Source of the DNA: Tubiluchus corallicola
Lineage: Eukaryota > Animalia > Priapulida
Reading direction: 5' to 3'
DNA: 55,804 nucleotides
Assembly (NCBI GenBank): GCA_030141605.1
Contig: JAQGDQ010001201.1
Span: 1-55,804 of the forward strand
A program made the position numbers and the translations under genes. Below the pieces are notes generated by a model, which saw only the letters and a program-made list of their open reading frames with translations, did not search any database and was not told where the DNA came from. Shown here piece after piece: positions 1 to 13,312 of the stretch. Numbering within the stretch: the stretch's first letter is position 1; each line of letters opens with the position of its first letter.

Positions 1-684
1 TTAAACAGTGCTGGCACTTTCGTATTCGTCCCCGGCCTGCTTACTCTCTAAACTACTAGGTGAGATGTTTGCACATTATTTGTCCCTGGTGGTTAGCGTA
101 ATTTACAACATGCAGCATTTGTATGTTTTCGTCTGAAGAAGAAACAATGGCAAAGTTTTGTATAACGTGATCTTGAGTCTACCTACACCTCCGTTAGGTC
201 TTTTAGGGGTGGTTAAACTCCCTGGTTGGTCCGAGATTACAGCCTCGCTGTCAACTTACGCTGACTTAATTTGGCATTTACAGCACTACAATTACGCAAG
301 GCGCTATATAGTAAATTTATTATAATTTATAGTGTTAGTACTTTTTATAGTAACTCAAGTCGCAAAAAACTTCCCTCTCAAGTTAGATGTTACCATTACG
401 CCTAACTACTTCAAACACTTGGTCACTTTGCTTCTTAACAATTGTTGATTTGTAAGACTATCACTTACACTGGTTTTATTATGGACAAGTTCCAGAAGTA
501 GTCGAGCTTTGTTTACTCCACGTATCTCTCATGTCTGCTTCCATTATACTTAACAGGATAGTCTATAGTGTTCCAGTGTGTCCTACTTATATCTAGTGTT
601 GGTGTTTTGTGACTGCATAAAAATGTAACATGGTAAGGGGCGGCTTTAGGTAGTTTGGGGTGCTCTAGGCAAAATTTTTTTTAA

Positions 685-1020
685 CGCCCTCTCTTCCACC
701 TAGAATTTATGGCGCCATCTTTTCCGCGTAGAGTTTTTGGCGCCGTCTTTTTCACATAGAGTTTTTGGCGCCGCCCTCTTTTCCACGTAGACTTTTTGGC
801 ACCCTCTTTTCCACGTAGAGTTTTTAGCGTCGCCCTCTTTTCCGCGTATAGTTTTTGGCGCCGCCCTCTTTTACACGTAGAGTTTTTGGCACCCTCTTTT
901 CCACGTAGAGTTTTTGGCGCTGCCCTCTTTTCCACGTACTTTTTTTGGCGCCGCCTTCTTTTTCACGTAGAATTTTGGCGCCGCCCTCTTTTCCACGTAG
1001 AATTTTTGGCACCCTCTTTA
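685..1020. repeat. ~30-32 bp GC-rich minisatellite (gcgccgccctcttttccacgtagagtttttg), possibly inside a hAT-like element starting ~637
   Basis: ~11 visible copies. The upstream ggggcggctttaggtagtttgg resembles the element end at ~22170. Confidence 0.85.
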
Positions 1021-2335
1021 TGTATATTACTTAGCATTTCACTTACCTGCTGGAAAGACTTAAATAACTAGACTAATAATTTAAAATGTTTGTGCCAATT
1101 GGTAAAATGTCACTGACACACCCTCCAGGGTGCGCCACCAACTAGCCAAGAACATATTTTTAATCTTATTGACAAGATACAGTAATTTAAAATTTTACTT
1201 AATTAGCAACGTTCATGCTACGAATACTCTAATTATTTTTTCAAACTTTATTTAATGTTATCAAAACTTGTTTCAAATGACCTGCCATTAAAATGGCCTC
1301 GCCTAGCGGTCACTTGGAGTTTAAATTTACACGTTTTATACAGCGTTACGTCTGGTGCAAGTCCGGCATGTAAAAGGGTAGTATGTAAGTGGTATAAAGT
1401 CTCCACCGACATTACCTCTCCCCACCGATAATTTGCCAGCAAAAATTCTATAGTTATTTTGCATGAAATTTTGAGCAAATATTTATGAAGATCTGTGAAG
1501 ATCTTGCAGCTGTAATCTTGGCTCGGTGCCAGCAATAATGTATCTTTCTCTTCCATCCTCGTACTTTGTACGGACAAGATTTTGTCTTGTGTTTCATATA
1601 ACCAGCATTCACGATCCCCAATCCGTTGTTATTGTGATTAAATAAATTTTACAACTAATTTAATAGTCTTATTTATAGTACTAGTTTAACCTATTCTTGG
1701 TAAAATAATAATTAAAATCAAAAGATGTCACATCCCTATGAGCTTTTGTAATGGACATTGTAAAATTTAAATATTTTTTGGTTGACAAACGAATTTGCAT
1801 ATTCTAGATTTCTGTAGATTTCTTGTAGATTTCTCACAGTTGAATCAGGTAATCACTGAATGCAGAAACGTTTTTTCTTCCTCGACTGGAAACCATTCAC
1901 ATTTCTATGTAGAACTGCGCTATTTTACAAACAAGCATTGTATTATTTTGTTTCACTATTGTCATGATCGCCTTCGCCATCATCATCATCATCGTCATCT
2001 CCACTAAAACTAGATTCTTCGTAAAGAAACCACAAGACTGCCAGTAATTATTTTGGTCGTCGTTGTTGTTGCCGCCACCATTGTTTGTCTTATTTTAGCA
2101 GTTTTTGTTTTTATGTTGATTTTTGCAGATTTCTTTTCATTCGAGAAACAACATTTCCTTTTGTAAACACATTTAAGAATGCTAAAGTACGTTTTCTTTT
2201 TGATTATTATTTCCTTTCGGTCTTTAAACAATCAGTTACAGCAATAGGTTCCATGGCGAAGCAGTCCAGCAGACATCAAGTTACTTGTAAATTTTGGCTA
2301 TTGATGATTATGGAAAATTGCTCCCATTCTCTAAA

Positions 2336-3116
2336 TCTCATTTGGTTCATAGTTACTGCTATAGGGTATTTGACAAAGTTGTGCAAGCAGATGATTCCAG
2401 TTTCTGAATCTCATTTGGTTCATAGTTACTGCTATAGGGTGTTTGACAAAGTTGTGCAAGCAGATGATTCCAGTTTCTGAATCTCATTTGGTTCATAGTT
2501 ACTGCTATAGGGTACTTAACAAAGTTGTGCAAGCAGATGATTCCAGTTTTTGAATCTCATTTGGTTCATAGTTACTGCTATAGGGTGTTTGACAAAGTTG
2601 TGCAAGCAGATGATTCCAGTTTGTGAATCTCATTTGGTTCATAGTTACTGCTATAGGGTGTTTGACAAAGTTGTGCACACAGATGATTCCAGTTTTTGAA
2701 TCTCATTTGGTTCATAGTTACTGCTATAGGGTATTTGACAAAGTTGTGCAAGCAGATGATTCCAGTTTCTGAATCTCATTTGGTTCATAGTTACTGCTAT
2801 AGGGTGTTTGACAAAGTTGTGCAAGCAGATGATTCCAGTTTCTGAATCTCATTTGGTTCATAGTTACTGCTATAGGGTATTTGACAAAGTTGTGCAAGCA
2901 GATGATTCCAGTTTCTGAATCTCATTTGGTTAATAGTTACTGCTATAGGGTATTTGACAAAGTTGTGCAAGCAGATGATTCCAGTTTCTGAATCTCATTT
3001 GTTTCATAGTTACTGCAATAGGGTGTTTGACAAAGTTGTGCAAGCAGATGATTCCAGTTTCTGAATCTCATTTGGTTCATAGTTACTGCAATAGGGTGAG
3101 TGACAAAGTTGTGCAT
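2336..3116. repeat. 73-bp tandem repeat, ~10.7 copies
   Basis: Unit tctcatttggttcatagttactgctatagggtatttgacaaagttgtgcaagcagatgattccagtttctgaa (starts 2701, 2774). Confidence 0.95.
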
Positions 3117-3604
3117 ACAGTTTTTTTTCTGTCGAGTGGTTATTGGCTATTGATAATTGGCATTTTTTGATCAACACCTGGAATCTTTCTTGTAACATTA
3201 ACTTGAGTAGATAATTGTTGCATCAGTTGTGTTATTTAGGTAAGGGAATGTTACATTAATGAGCTGCATAATTATCATTTAACTTTTCATGGCTTCTTTG
3301 CAGAACTATCGACTGAGTTTTTTCTTACCTAGACTGTAATCTCACTGTGTTTTAATAGTTTGCTGTCCCAAATAAAAAACAGGTTCGTGTCTCATAAGTT
3401 CTCTCTTCATTTTCAGTCATTGAATTAAAGTTTACAAACGAGATTAGGCAGTACTGAAGTGCGGCTACCATTATCTGTTGGATAAGCTCTAAAAATAGTT
3501 GTATAAGAAACAAGTAAAAGCAGTCATGAGGCTTTAATGCCTCTAAAGTCGTTAAAATAGTCAATCCATTTGCCCTATAAAATCGTGCGTGTGTCGTAAT
3601 AAAG

Positions 3605-4520
3605 TAACAAAACAGAGAGTAACAATTTGGGACTATTCTGTCCCATTAGCAGCAATTCTTTTAATATGACGGCTAGCATATGAATGTGGTCCGAAGTTTG
3701 CAGGCTTCGCCCGACAGACGGGTAGAGGTTGACCATCACGGATTGGATAAGCTCGGAAAAATAAATCTTTTTAAGGGGCGAAATGAACGGTTCTACTGAA
3801 AAATCTAATTTGTAATTATAATCGTGTCTACTTCCACTAGCTTCGGTTTGCTCTGGCGTTCTTCCAGGGTGGCCAGGCAGACGTGGACCTGTGCGTGGCG
3901 TACCGGGGGTCCACGTTCCCTCGCCCTCTAGAACCTCACAAAAACGATTTTAATCGCAGTCAGTCAGTCAAAGGAAATTGTCCAATTAACTGCAACTAAA
4001 ACCGTTCAATTATTTAAAAATTTGCCAAATATTCTGAGAATGTTTTTGCCCGATACCTAATCCTATCGTGGGACTGGCTTGTTAACTCAAAAATGTTTCG
4101 AAAATAGATTGTAAAATTATCCTGTAAAAAGCCATGTAAATAAAGAATAATCTCACACCACACGAGACTATTAACAGCAGAAAAATATTTCTGTATGTTT
4201 GGACAACGGTACATATGCACAAAATAAAAAAGTAAATGGAAAGGTTTTCTGGCTAAAAAGCAAAATTTCTTTACTTACCGCTTAGGCATTGCAAAAATTT
4301 CAAGAAAATCGAGACTCTTCAATCTAAAATAAGCAAAAAAATGAAGTGTTATTTACGGCTCGGTCAACTAAAACCATTTTAGCAATGTCAAGATTCTAAC
4401 TGCACAGGATCTAGAGTTCGAATCACACGAGTTTCAGGACGATCCGATCTTTTGTTACAGAAATACAAGAGAAAACCCTATTGTGGACAGTGGACGAACA
4501 GACACACGGACAGCAGGGTC
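3605..4520 (+). mobile_element. Possible Helitron/Helentron-derived (DINE-1-like) non-autonomous element
   Basis: Short 5' hairpin tgggac-tattct-gtccca, GC-richer core, and a 3' gatccgatc...ggacgaacagacacacggaca block; family resemblance only. Confidence 0.3.
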
Positions 4521-4929
4521 ATTTAAAATTTAAAAATTCAACAAGAAAATAGTCAAACTTACCAATTTAATGTCGGTTTTGACTTTCTTATAATTTTATA
4601 GCAGCTCTGGTGTTAATATACAGGGTCAAAATAAGTAATAACGAATATGAAGGCTTGATGAACAAAAGGAATCCATCTTTATCCATTCACTGTTTCTACT
4701 TTTAGGCAGGCCTAATTCTGTCAAACCCTATTATTACTATTATTTTAATTATGTCTAAACTCCAAAACCACTTCCGGAAGAGGTAGTACTTTAACAAAAA
4801 CTAAAAGACAATCGTGCTCTAGAATTCTTACTGTGGAATGAGAGACAGCTACTTCCTTGCAAATCATTTGAGGGTTTTTTAGTTTTGCCCTCTCCCAGGA
4901 AACGAGAGATAGCCACGTTCTAGATAAGT

Positions 4930-5660
4930 GAAATGAAAGTTGTTCATACTTTAGAAACAAACCCATATCCTCCCATGCCCTCTGTGAAATGAAAGTCAGT
5001 CATGCTTTTAGAATAAAGCCATGTCCTCCCATCCCCTGTGTGTAATGAAAGTCAGTCATGATTTTAGAAGAGAGCCATATCCTCCCATGCCCTCTGTGAA
5101 ATGAAAGTCAGTCATGCTTTTAGAATAAAGCCATGTCCTCCCATCCCCTCTTTGTAATGAAAGTCAGTCATGATTTTAGAAGAGAGCCATATCCTCCCAT
5201 GCCCTCTATGAAATGAAAGTCAGTCATGCTTTTAGAAGAAAGCCATGTCCTCCCATCCCTTCTTTGTAATGAAAGTCAGTCATGATTTTAGAAGAGAGCA
5301 ATGTCCTCCCCTTCCCTCTGTGTAATGTAAGTCAGTCATGATTTTAGAATAAAGCCATGTCCTCCCATGCCCTCTGTGTAATGTAAGTCAGTCATGATTT
5401 TAGAATAAAGCCATGTCCTCCCATCCCCTCTGTGTAATGAAAGTCAGTCATGCTTTTAGAAGAAAGCCATGTCCTCCCATCCCCTCTGTGTAATGAAAGT
5501 CAGTCATGCTTTTAGAAGAAAGCCATGTCCTCCCATCCCCTCTGTGAAATGAAATTCAGTCATGCTTTTAGAAGAAAGCCATGTCCTCCCTTCCCCTCTG
5601 TGAAATGTAAGTCAGTCATGCCTTAGAAAGCCATGTCCGCCCATCCCCTGTGTGAAAGGG
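4930..5660. repeat. 56-bp tandem repeat, ~13 copies
   Basis: Unit ccatgtcctcccatcccctctgtgtaatgaaagtcagtcatgcttttagaagaaag (5411, 5467). Confidence 0.95.
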
Positions 5661-6078
5661 AAAACAGTTATCCCAACAAAGCATATGTTAAAGGGAAAGT
5701 CTACATTTTTTGTGAAACTTCTATTGTATAGAAATACATTTTTTACTGGTTGAATCAATATTAATAGTTATTAAAATAAGGAGGGAACAAGGTTGGAGTG
5801 GGATGGACAGCCTGCAGTCTCCTCCCGGCCCATCTTTCCTTTCCTTGACGAGGGCCTAAAGTTCCTTCATTTCCTTTGAAGTGTTTCCGTTATTTTTAAA
5901 AGAAATATTTTGTAGAACTTTGCTAAACTCCACGTTGTACTGAAAAAGTTCTAACCAGAAATTTGTTACCACAAGTCACGATTTTGTTAACTTAAAATGC
6001 TTCCCAAAAGTACACTGAGTTCTGACATTGAGCTATTAACCTCTGATTCTATTTACGAACTAACATGGTACAGAACCT

Positions 6079-6163
6079 TAGTGGTATGCATTCTGTACAT
6101 GTAGATACTTCTATGCATAGCGCGCGTGTATAGAAGTATGTACATGTACAGTGTATGTCGCTA
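6079..6163 (+). other. Long imperfect hairpin (pre-miRNA-like or micro-MITE)
   Basis: ~36-bp stem with G:U pairs; 9-bp direct repeat gtacagaac on both sides. Confidence 0.6.
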
Positions 6164-6269
6164 CTGTACAGAACAAACTTTCAGTAAAGACAGACAAGGC
6201 CTAGGCATTAACTGACTGACAGTTTCTTTCCACTAACATACTGTAAGTACTTGAGGGAAGCATGTATTA

Positions 6270-6556
6270 TTATGCAGTTTAAAGAACTATACAAAAAGTT
6301 CTGCGGTTTGAAGAACTGTACAAAAAGGTATGCAGTTTGAAGAACTGTACAAAAGGTTCTGCGGTTTAAAGAACTGTACAAAAAGTTCTGCGGTTTAAAG
6401 AACTGTACAAAAAGTTCTGCGGTTTAAAGGACTGTATAAAAAGTTCTGCGGTTTAAAGGACTGTACAAAAAGTTATGCAGTTTAAAGAGCTGTACAAAAA
6501 GTTATGCAGTTTAAAGAGCTGTACAAAATGCTATGCAGTTTAAAGAACTGTACAAT
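6270..6556. repeat. 29-bp minisatellite (tgcggtttaaagaactgtacaaaaagttc), ~10 copies
   Basis: Contiguous copies with no spacers. Confidence 0.93.
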
Positions 6557-6779
6557 GATTTGAAATTTTTATGCAGATCATTTAGATCCCTGTTCAAAAG
6601 TAACTTGTCCATTACCTTACGAATAATTCAAAACCTGATTCACCTCCCAGCCTAACTTTGTTAATTGCAGGCCTTTCACAAATTATTTAATAATATCTTG
6701 GTCTACCATTTGCAAAATCCATCTTTATTTTTGTAAAGCGTTTCATTTATGAGCTTTTTAGGCTGTGACCAGCAAGTGT

Positions 6780-7120
6780 TTTAGCTGACTGGTTGTGCCG
6801 TTATCTTGACAATTGAAGTGAAGTTAACCAGAGCTAAGACTAGAAAGTAATTAGATGAGTGACCACTACTAAAATCACATACGCTGAAACATGGCTGAAT
6901 TTGTTTAGGAATTGAAATTTTATAGTGTAAAGACTAGATAGCACACGGATGAGTCGTCACTACTAAAATCATGCTAGCCAAAACATGGCTGACTTAGTTT
7001 AGTAAATAAATGGGTGACCATATCAAAATCACAGTTCCCATTCCTGGTCCAATGTCTGCTCTTAGATGATTAGTTTTCATAAAGAGTCTAGTTGCAGTCC
7101 CTCCACAACAACATGACGTT
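6780..7120 (+). mobile_element. Degenerate 5S-headed SINE copy with internally repeated box-C-like region
   Basis: gaagttaacc...agtaattagatgagtgacc resembles the 5S internal control region (ICR); the body ataaagagtctagttgcagtccctccac resembles those at 18596 and 37290. Confidence 0.45.
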
Positions 7121-7254
7121 GCAGTTGAATGCAAAAATATCTCTAATCTTAAACTCCTGTTTCTTGTCAGGCTTCAGCGTTGATTATTTTCAATTTAATC
7201 AATTTAATTTTGATCCTACAATCGTTAAGGAGTTTTTACATGTGCCATAATTGA

Positions 7255-9037
7255 TCAGTGCTGATAACTTTCAATTTTATCCACGGCAATTTCAATCGTT
7301 CAATCTTTAATGGAGTTTTGTATGTTCTATAATTGTTAGTACGAGTTCAATACCGATAACTTCCAATTTTATACACTGCAATTTCAATCGTTCAATCTTT
7401 AATGGAGTTTTGTATGTTCTATAATTGTTAGTACGAGTTCAATACCGATAACCTTCAATTTTATCCACTGCAATTTCAATCGTTCAATCTTTAATGGAGT
7501 TTTGTATGTTCTATAATTGTTAGTACGAGTTCAATACCGATAACTTCCAATTTTATACACTGCAATTTCAATCGTTCAATCTTTAATGGAGTTTTGTATG
7601 TTCTATAATTGTTAGTACGAGTTCAATACCGATAACTTCCAATTTTATACACGGCAATTTCAATCGTTCAATGTTTAATGGAGTTTTGTATGTTCTATAA
7701 TTGTTGGTACGAGTTCAACACCGATAACTTTCAATTTTATCCACTGCAATTTCAATCGTTCAATCTTTAATGGAGTTTTGTATGTTCTATAATTGTTGGT
7801 ACGAGTTCAATACCGATAACTTCCAATTTTATCCACGGCAATTTCAATCGTTCAATCTTTAATGGAGTTTTGTATGTTCTATAATTGTTAGTACGAGTTC
7901 AATACCGATAACTTCAAATTTTATACACTGCAATTTCAATCGTTCAATGTTTAATGGAGTTTTGTATGTTCTATAATTGTTAGTACGAGTTCAATACCGA
8001 TAACTTCCAATTTTATCCACGGCAATTTCAATCGTTCAATCTTTAATGGAGTTTTGTATGTTCTATAATTGTTGGTACGAGTTCAATACCGATAACTTTC
8101 AATTTTATCCACTGCAATTTCAATCGTTCAATGTTTAATGGAGTTTTGTATGTTCTATAATTGTTGGTACGAGTTCAATACCGATAACTTCCAATTTTAT
8201 CCACGGCAATTTCAATCGTTCAATCTTTAATGGAGTTTTGTATGTTCTATAATTGTTGGTACGAGTTCAATACCGATAACTTCCAATTTTATACACTGCA
8301 ATTTCAATCGTTCAATCTTTAATGGAGTTTTGTATGTTCTATAATTGTTGGTACGAGTTCAATACCGATAACTTCAAATTTTATCCACTGCAATTTCAAT
8401 CGTTCAATGTTTAATGGAGTTTTGTATGTTCTATAATTGTTAGTACGAGTTCAATACCGATAACTTCCAATTTTATCCACTGCAATTTCAATCGTTCAAT
8501 CTTTAATGGAGTTTTGTATGTTCTATAATTGTTGGTACGAGTTCAATACCGATAACTTCCAATTTTATCCACTGCAATTTCAATCGTTCAATCTTTAATG
8601 GAGTTTTGTATGTTCTATAATTGTTGGTACGAGTTCAATACCGATAACTTCCAATTTTATCCACTGCAATTTCAACCGTTCAATGTTTAATGGAGTTTTG
8701 TATGTTCTATAATTGTTAGTACGAGTTCAATACCGATAACTTCTAATTTTATACACGGCAATTTCAATCGTTCAATGTTTAATGGAGTTTTGTATGTTCT
8801 ACAATTGTTAGTACGAGTTCAATACCGATAACTTCCAATTTTATCCACGGCAATTTCAATCGTTCAATCTTTAATGGAGTTTTGTATGTTCTATAATTGT
8901 TAGTACGAGTTCAATACCGATAACTTCCAATTTTATACACTGCAATTTCAATCGTTCAATGTTTAATGGAGTTTTGTATGTTCTATAATTGTTAGTACGA
9001 GTTCAATACCGATAACTTTCAATTTTATCCACTGCAA
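7255..9037. repeat. 92-bp satellite, ~19 highly similar copies
   Basis: gataac anchors at 7355, 7447, 7539 and onward. Confidence 0.97.
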
Positions 9038-9224
9038 ATCTAGTTTCGGTACTGTTTACCTTCGTCGTTGTCATGTCAGTTTATGTGATATATTAGCAGT
9101 AGTTGCCACCACTTTGCTATCAGTTTTACTTGTTTACTGCTTTAGTACTGATTAATAATCAGTAATTATGTTCAATTTCATCAAGACAATTCTTTAAAAT
9201 ATTCAGTTTCTCTCTTATAATGCA

Positions 9225-9640
9225 TTTGTCGCCTTGATGGCAGTTTTTTCGTTACTATCACATCATTTTATGCGGCACGTTGATGATGGTACTTTCCATC
9301 ACTGTTCTATAACATCCATCACTATACTGTGACATGGCTATGTATCATGTTACTCGATGAAGACATTAATAGTGACTCGCATCACGTTACCATGTCTCTT
9401 CATTTGTAGCCTTGATGGCAGTTTTTTCGTTACTATCACATCATTTTATGCGGCACGTTGATGATGGTACTTTCCATCACTGTTCTATAACATCCATCAC
9501 TATACTATGACATGGCTATGTATCATGTTACTCGATGAAGACATTAACAGTGAGTCGCATCACGTTATCATGTCATTCATTTGACGCCTTGATGGCAGTT
9601 TTATCGGTACTATCACATCATTTTATGTGACACGTTGATC
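9225..9640. repeat. ~178-bp tandem duplication, ~2.3 copies
   Basis: gccttgatggcagtttt at 9231, 9409, 9586. Confidence 0.9.
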
Positions 9641-10070
9641 ACTATCACTACATTTTTTTCATGAACCAGTAATGTTAATTTCCATCATTTCGTCATACAA
9701 AGATTTGTTCATCCTTTCCCAGCATATGAGGAATAATGGCTGAATGTTTCTTCTATGAAAATAATTGCTATTATGACACACAACCTTGTATATAGTCAAG
9801 CTGTTATTTTGACTATAGGCATCAAGTTTGCCACCTTGCATAATTTAAACCTTGTAAATAGTCAAGCGTTTATTTTGACTATAGGCATCAAGTTTTGCCA
9901 CCTTGCATAATTTAAAGATGTTGCCTAATATTGTAACCATGGCTGTCCATGTATAGATAACGTTTGAATATACAATCAATTAAATATGGCTAAAATATTA
10001 AATATGGCTGAAATATGTGTCGCCATGTTATTAAAAATTAGCTTCCCACCGCCTGGTCACTATCGGCATG

Positions 10071-10420
10071 GGAGGGGGATCAATTCTATTATGAAAACTT
10101 TTAACGGTTCGAATCCTTAAAACGTTTTGAGCGTACTTTGAACAATTACGCTTCTTAATTAAAGAACCATTGGTGCTTCAAATCATTAAAACGTTATGAG
10201 CGTACTTTAAACGATTACGCTTCTTAACTAAAACAACATTTGTGCTTCGATTCATTACAACGTTTTGAGCGTACTTCAAACAATTACGCTTCTTAATTAA
10301 AACAACATTTGTGCTTCAAATCATTAAAGCGTTTTGAGCGTACTTCAAACAATTACGCTTCTTAATTAAAGCACCAGAAATAGAAATTATTATTAATGAT
10401 TGTTTTCAATCCCCCTCCCC
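10071..10420. repeat. ~70-bp repeat x4 bracketed by short inverted repeats (gggagggggat / atccccctccc)
   Basis: Four copies of cgttttgagcgtactt...aattacgcttcttaa between inverted GC-rich ends; possibly a MITE. Confidence 0.75.
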
Positions 10421-10509
10421 CTGCTCTTCAGAAAATTCCTCCTCATCGGCTCGGTAACTGCCGCCTCACAAACATCCAGCATCATCAGCATCGTGGTCAC
10501 TCTATCTTA

Positions 10510-11190
10510 TAAATAGTTAGTTTTTTTGCACAACTTGTATACGATACAGTGCAACTAACTTAACATACTGTAGCTTAATAAATAGTTTTTATGCACAACT
10601 TGTATACGATACAGTGCAACTAACTTAACATACTGTAGCTTATACAATATACTGCAGTTTTTAGAAATACTGCAGCTTAAAGGATATGTAACAAATAATA
10701 GAACATATTGCAGCTTGTATGATATATTGTTGTTTGTTGAAGGTTGCAGTTTCTAGAAATATCGCAGCTTATAGGACGTGTTACCATTAATAGAATATAC
10801 TGCAGTTGCTACGATATATTGCAGTTAATAGAATATTGCAGCTTATAGGACGTGTTACAATTAATAGAATATACTGCAGTTGCTACGATATATTGCAGTT
10901 AATAGAATATCGCAGCTTATAGGACGTGTTACAATTAATAGAATATACTGCAGTTGCTACGATATATTGCAGTTAACAGAATATTGCAGCTTATAGGACG
11001 TGTTACAATTAATAGAATATACTGCAGTTGCTACGATATATTGCAGTTAACAGAATATTGCAGCATATAGTGTATGTTACCATTAATAGAATATACTACA
11101 GTTGCTACGATATATGGCAGTTAATAGAATATTGCAGCTTATGGGATATCTGACAATTACTAATATATATTGCAGCATATATTGCACTTT
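10510..11190. repeat. Compound tandem repeats (~64-bp duplication, then ~74-bp unit)
   Basis: gcagcttataggacgtgttacaattaatagaatatactgcagttgctacgatatatt repeated ~5-6 times. Confidence 0.88.
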
Positions 11191-11804
11191 AGAATACAAT
11201 GCATTGCAGAAAATTTGTGTTGAATATCAACTTTAAATATTATGTTAAATATGTAAGCACTTTTATATTTTATATTAAAAAATCCCAGAAACTGTAATGT
11301 ATTCGCTGATGATGCTGAAGCTCTAAATTGCAAATAGCAATTAACGTTCAAATTGAAACGTAATTCTCCAAGCTTAAGGAGAGAAGTTTGGGTCATCTTG
11401 CACTGGCTTTTGACTTGGCACATTCTCCCAGTACAAAGCTGCCTTGCACTGGCTTTTAACTTGCCAACATTGAAATAAATATTTTTGCTTATAACCTCCA
11501 AAGAGAAACTGTGTTAGCTTTTTGCTGACACTAAAATGAATCTTGAACTTGTTCGCAATGTCAGAATGAGCATTTTTGAACATCAAAGAAATCTTCAGTT
11601 GAACATATTTGGAACGTTTTGAACATTTTTTCTACATATATTTTAATGAACATAAAAGTAATCATAACAAAAATACGGAGTCCTCCATGGGTCCAGTTAC
11701 CGAGCCTTCATAAGTACATAATATAGCAGCTTAACTCTTAGTATAACCACTGCTATAACTACAGAATTATGTAAATATGTAAATACAGAAGTTTTTTGAA
11801 TATT

Positions 11805-12290
11805 GTTTGATGAAATGTTGATGAAATGATATGACTTGTTCTTGAAATGCAAATTGGAGTTTTTTTACTTTTTTCTCCATTGTAAATAAATTGTTTGGTG
11901 TTCATAATATGACTTGTTCTTGAAATGTAAATTGGAGTTTTTTACTTTTTTCTCCATTGTAAATTGTTTGATGAAATGATTTGACTTGTTCTTGAAATGT
12001 AAATTGGAGTTTTTTTACTTTTTTCTCCATTGTAAATAGTTTGATGAAATGTAAATTGGAGTTTTTTACTTTTTTCTCCATTGTAAATAGTTTGATGAAA
12101 TGACATGACTTGCTCTTGAAATGTAAATTGGAGTTTTTTACTTTTTTCTCCATTGTAAATAGTTTGATGAAATGATTTGACTTGTTCTTGAAATGTAAAT
12201 TGGAGTTTTTTTTACTTTTTTCTCTATTGTAAATAGTTTGATGAAATGATTTGACTTGTTCTTGAAATGTAAATTGGAGTGTTTTTATGT
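11805..12290. repeat. ~70-80 bp tandem repeat, ~7 copies
   Basis: gacttgttcttgaaatgtaaattggagttttttacttttttctccattgtaaatagtttgatgaaat; explains ORF 11902-12153. Confidence 0.9.
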
Positions 12291-13070
12291 TTACTCATGT
12301 AATGTTAGTATGTTTGCTTAACCCTTGTAGGGTCACGATTCCCCGCCCCCCACACCATAATTGCTTATTGCTTATTGCTTGGATATTTTTCGTTGTGTAT
12401 TGTAAATAAACAATTTTTGTATATAAACAAATCAGATACTTTTATTCTGTTTGTATACTCCCATAAATGATGTTTAAACTAAATGTATAATTGCAGGACA
12501 AACGTCCTATTAACAAGAACACACAACATTTTAACAACGCATTTAATAACACACCACAAGCAGTTACTGAGTCAGCTTAATACACGTTAATGTGATCACA
12601 TGACTAATTAAAAAGCTATAAATTAGAAAAATGTATGTTTTGTGCACTTTTATCAGTATAATTATATTTTATTTGGTTAATAATAAGATGAACTTTCTTG
12701 TTCAATGCGTCAGATTAAAGATGACACAACAGAACGCTTGTTCAAGTGCAAAAGTGTCAGTATTACAATTAAGAAAATAAAGTCTTTGCTTAAAATGTAA
12801 AAAACAACATTATTATAGAGTTCTACAGAGAGTAACAAAAATTATAGTGACGAAATAACGAAAAAAAATGTTAGAGGAAAAGCCGAGTCAGATTTATCCT
12901 GGGGGAAATGAAAACATTAATGGTAGCAGGTTGTGATCGCTTGTGTTCTGTTATGACTTTATTCAAGTGATTATCATTATTATTGTTGTACATAATTTCA
13001 TTGCGCAGGGCAAAACACAGCTTTGCAGGTGCAAATCGACCTCCATAGATGGAGCTACATACGGTTTGGA

Positions 13071-13100
13071 TGACGTCATGTGCGGAAGTCAAAGATGGCG
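13071..13100 (+). promoter_or_regulatory. Putative TATA-less promoter: CRE (TGACGTCA 13071-13078), ETS (CGGAAGT 13083-13089), YY1-like (AAGATGGCG 13092-13100)
   Basis: Three canonical housekeeping-promoter motifs within 30 bp, 43-72 bp upstream of the ATG. Confidence 0.65.
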
Positions 13101-13142
13101 ATTGTTATCAAATAAACTAATGTTTATTAGGAAGTTCATAAA

Positions 13143-13312
13143 ATGACCTCTTTCGTTGCTTTAACTGTGATATTATTGCTCAGTTTTACAGTTTTTGACT
13201 GCATTTATGCGTCTGGAAAAAATTGCTTGCATGGTAACTTAGTTAATACAACTTGCATTTGCGATTCTGGTTGGAAAGGTGACTTGTGCCAGAGCTGTGG
13301 AGGCCGTTTAAG
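13143..13312 (+). CDS. ATRN: Attractin exon 1: signal peptide + EGF
   Basis: MTSFVALTVILLLSFTVFDCIYASGKNCLHG...CICDSGWKGDLCQSCGGRL; donor AG|gtatat. Confidence 0.9.

Noticed and set aside
125-160. ctgaaga-agaaac as a Penelope-type hammerhead
   Set aside because: No stem II between the core motifs and no convincing flanking stems.
1248-3564. Minus-strand short ORFs as exons of a second gene
   Set aside because: No recognisable domain and no consistent splice chain; may be decayed TE coding sequence.
6270-6556. 29-bp partly palindromic repeats resembling a CRISPR array
   Set aside because: Units are contiguous with no unique spacers, there are no cas genes, and the context is eukaryotic. The same applies to all other arrays in the window.
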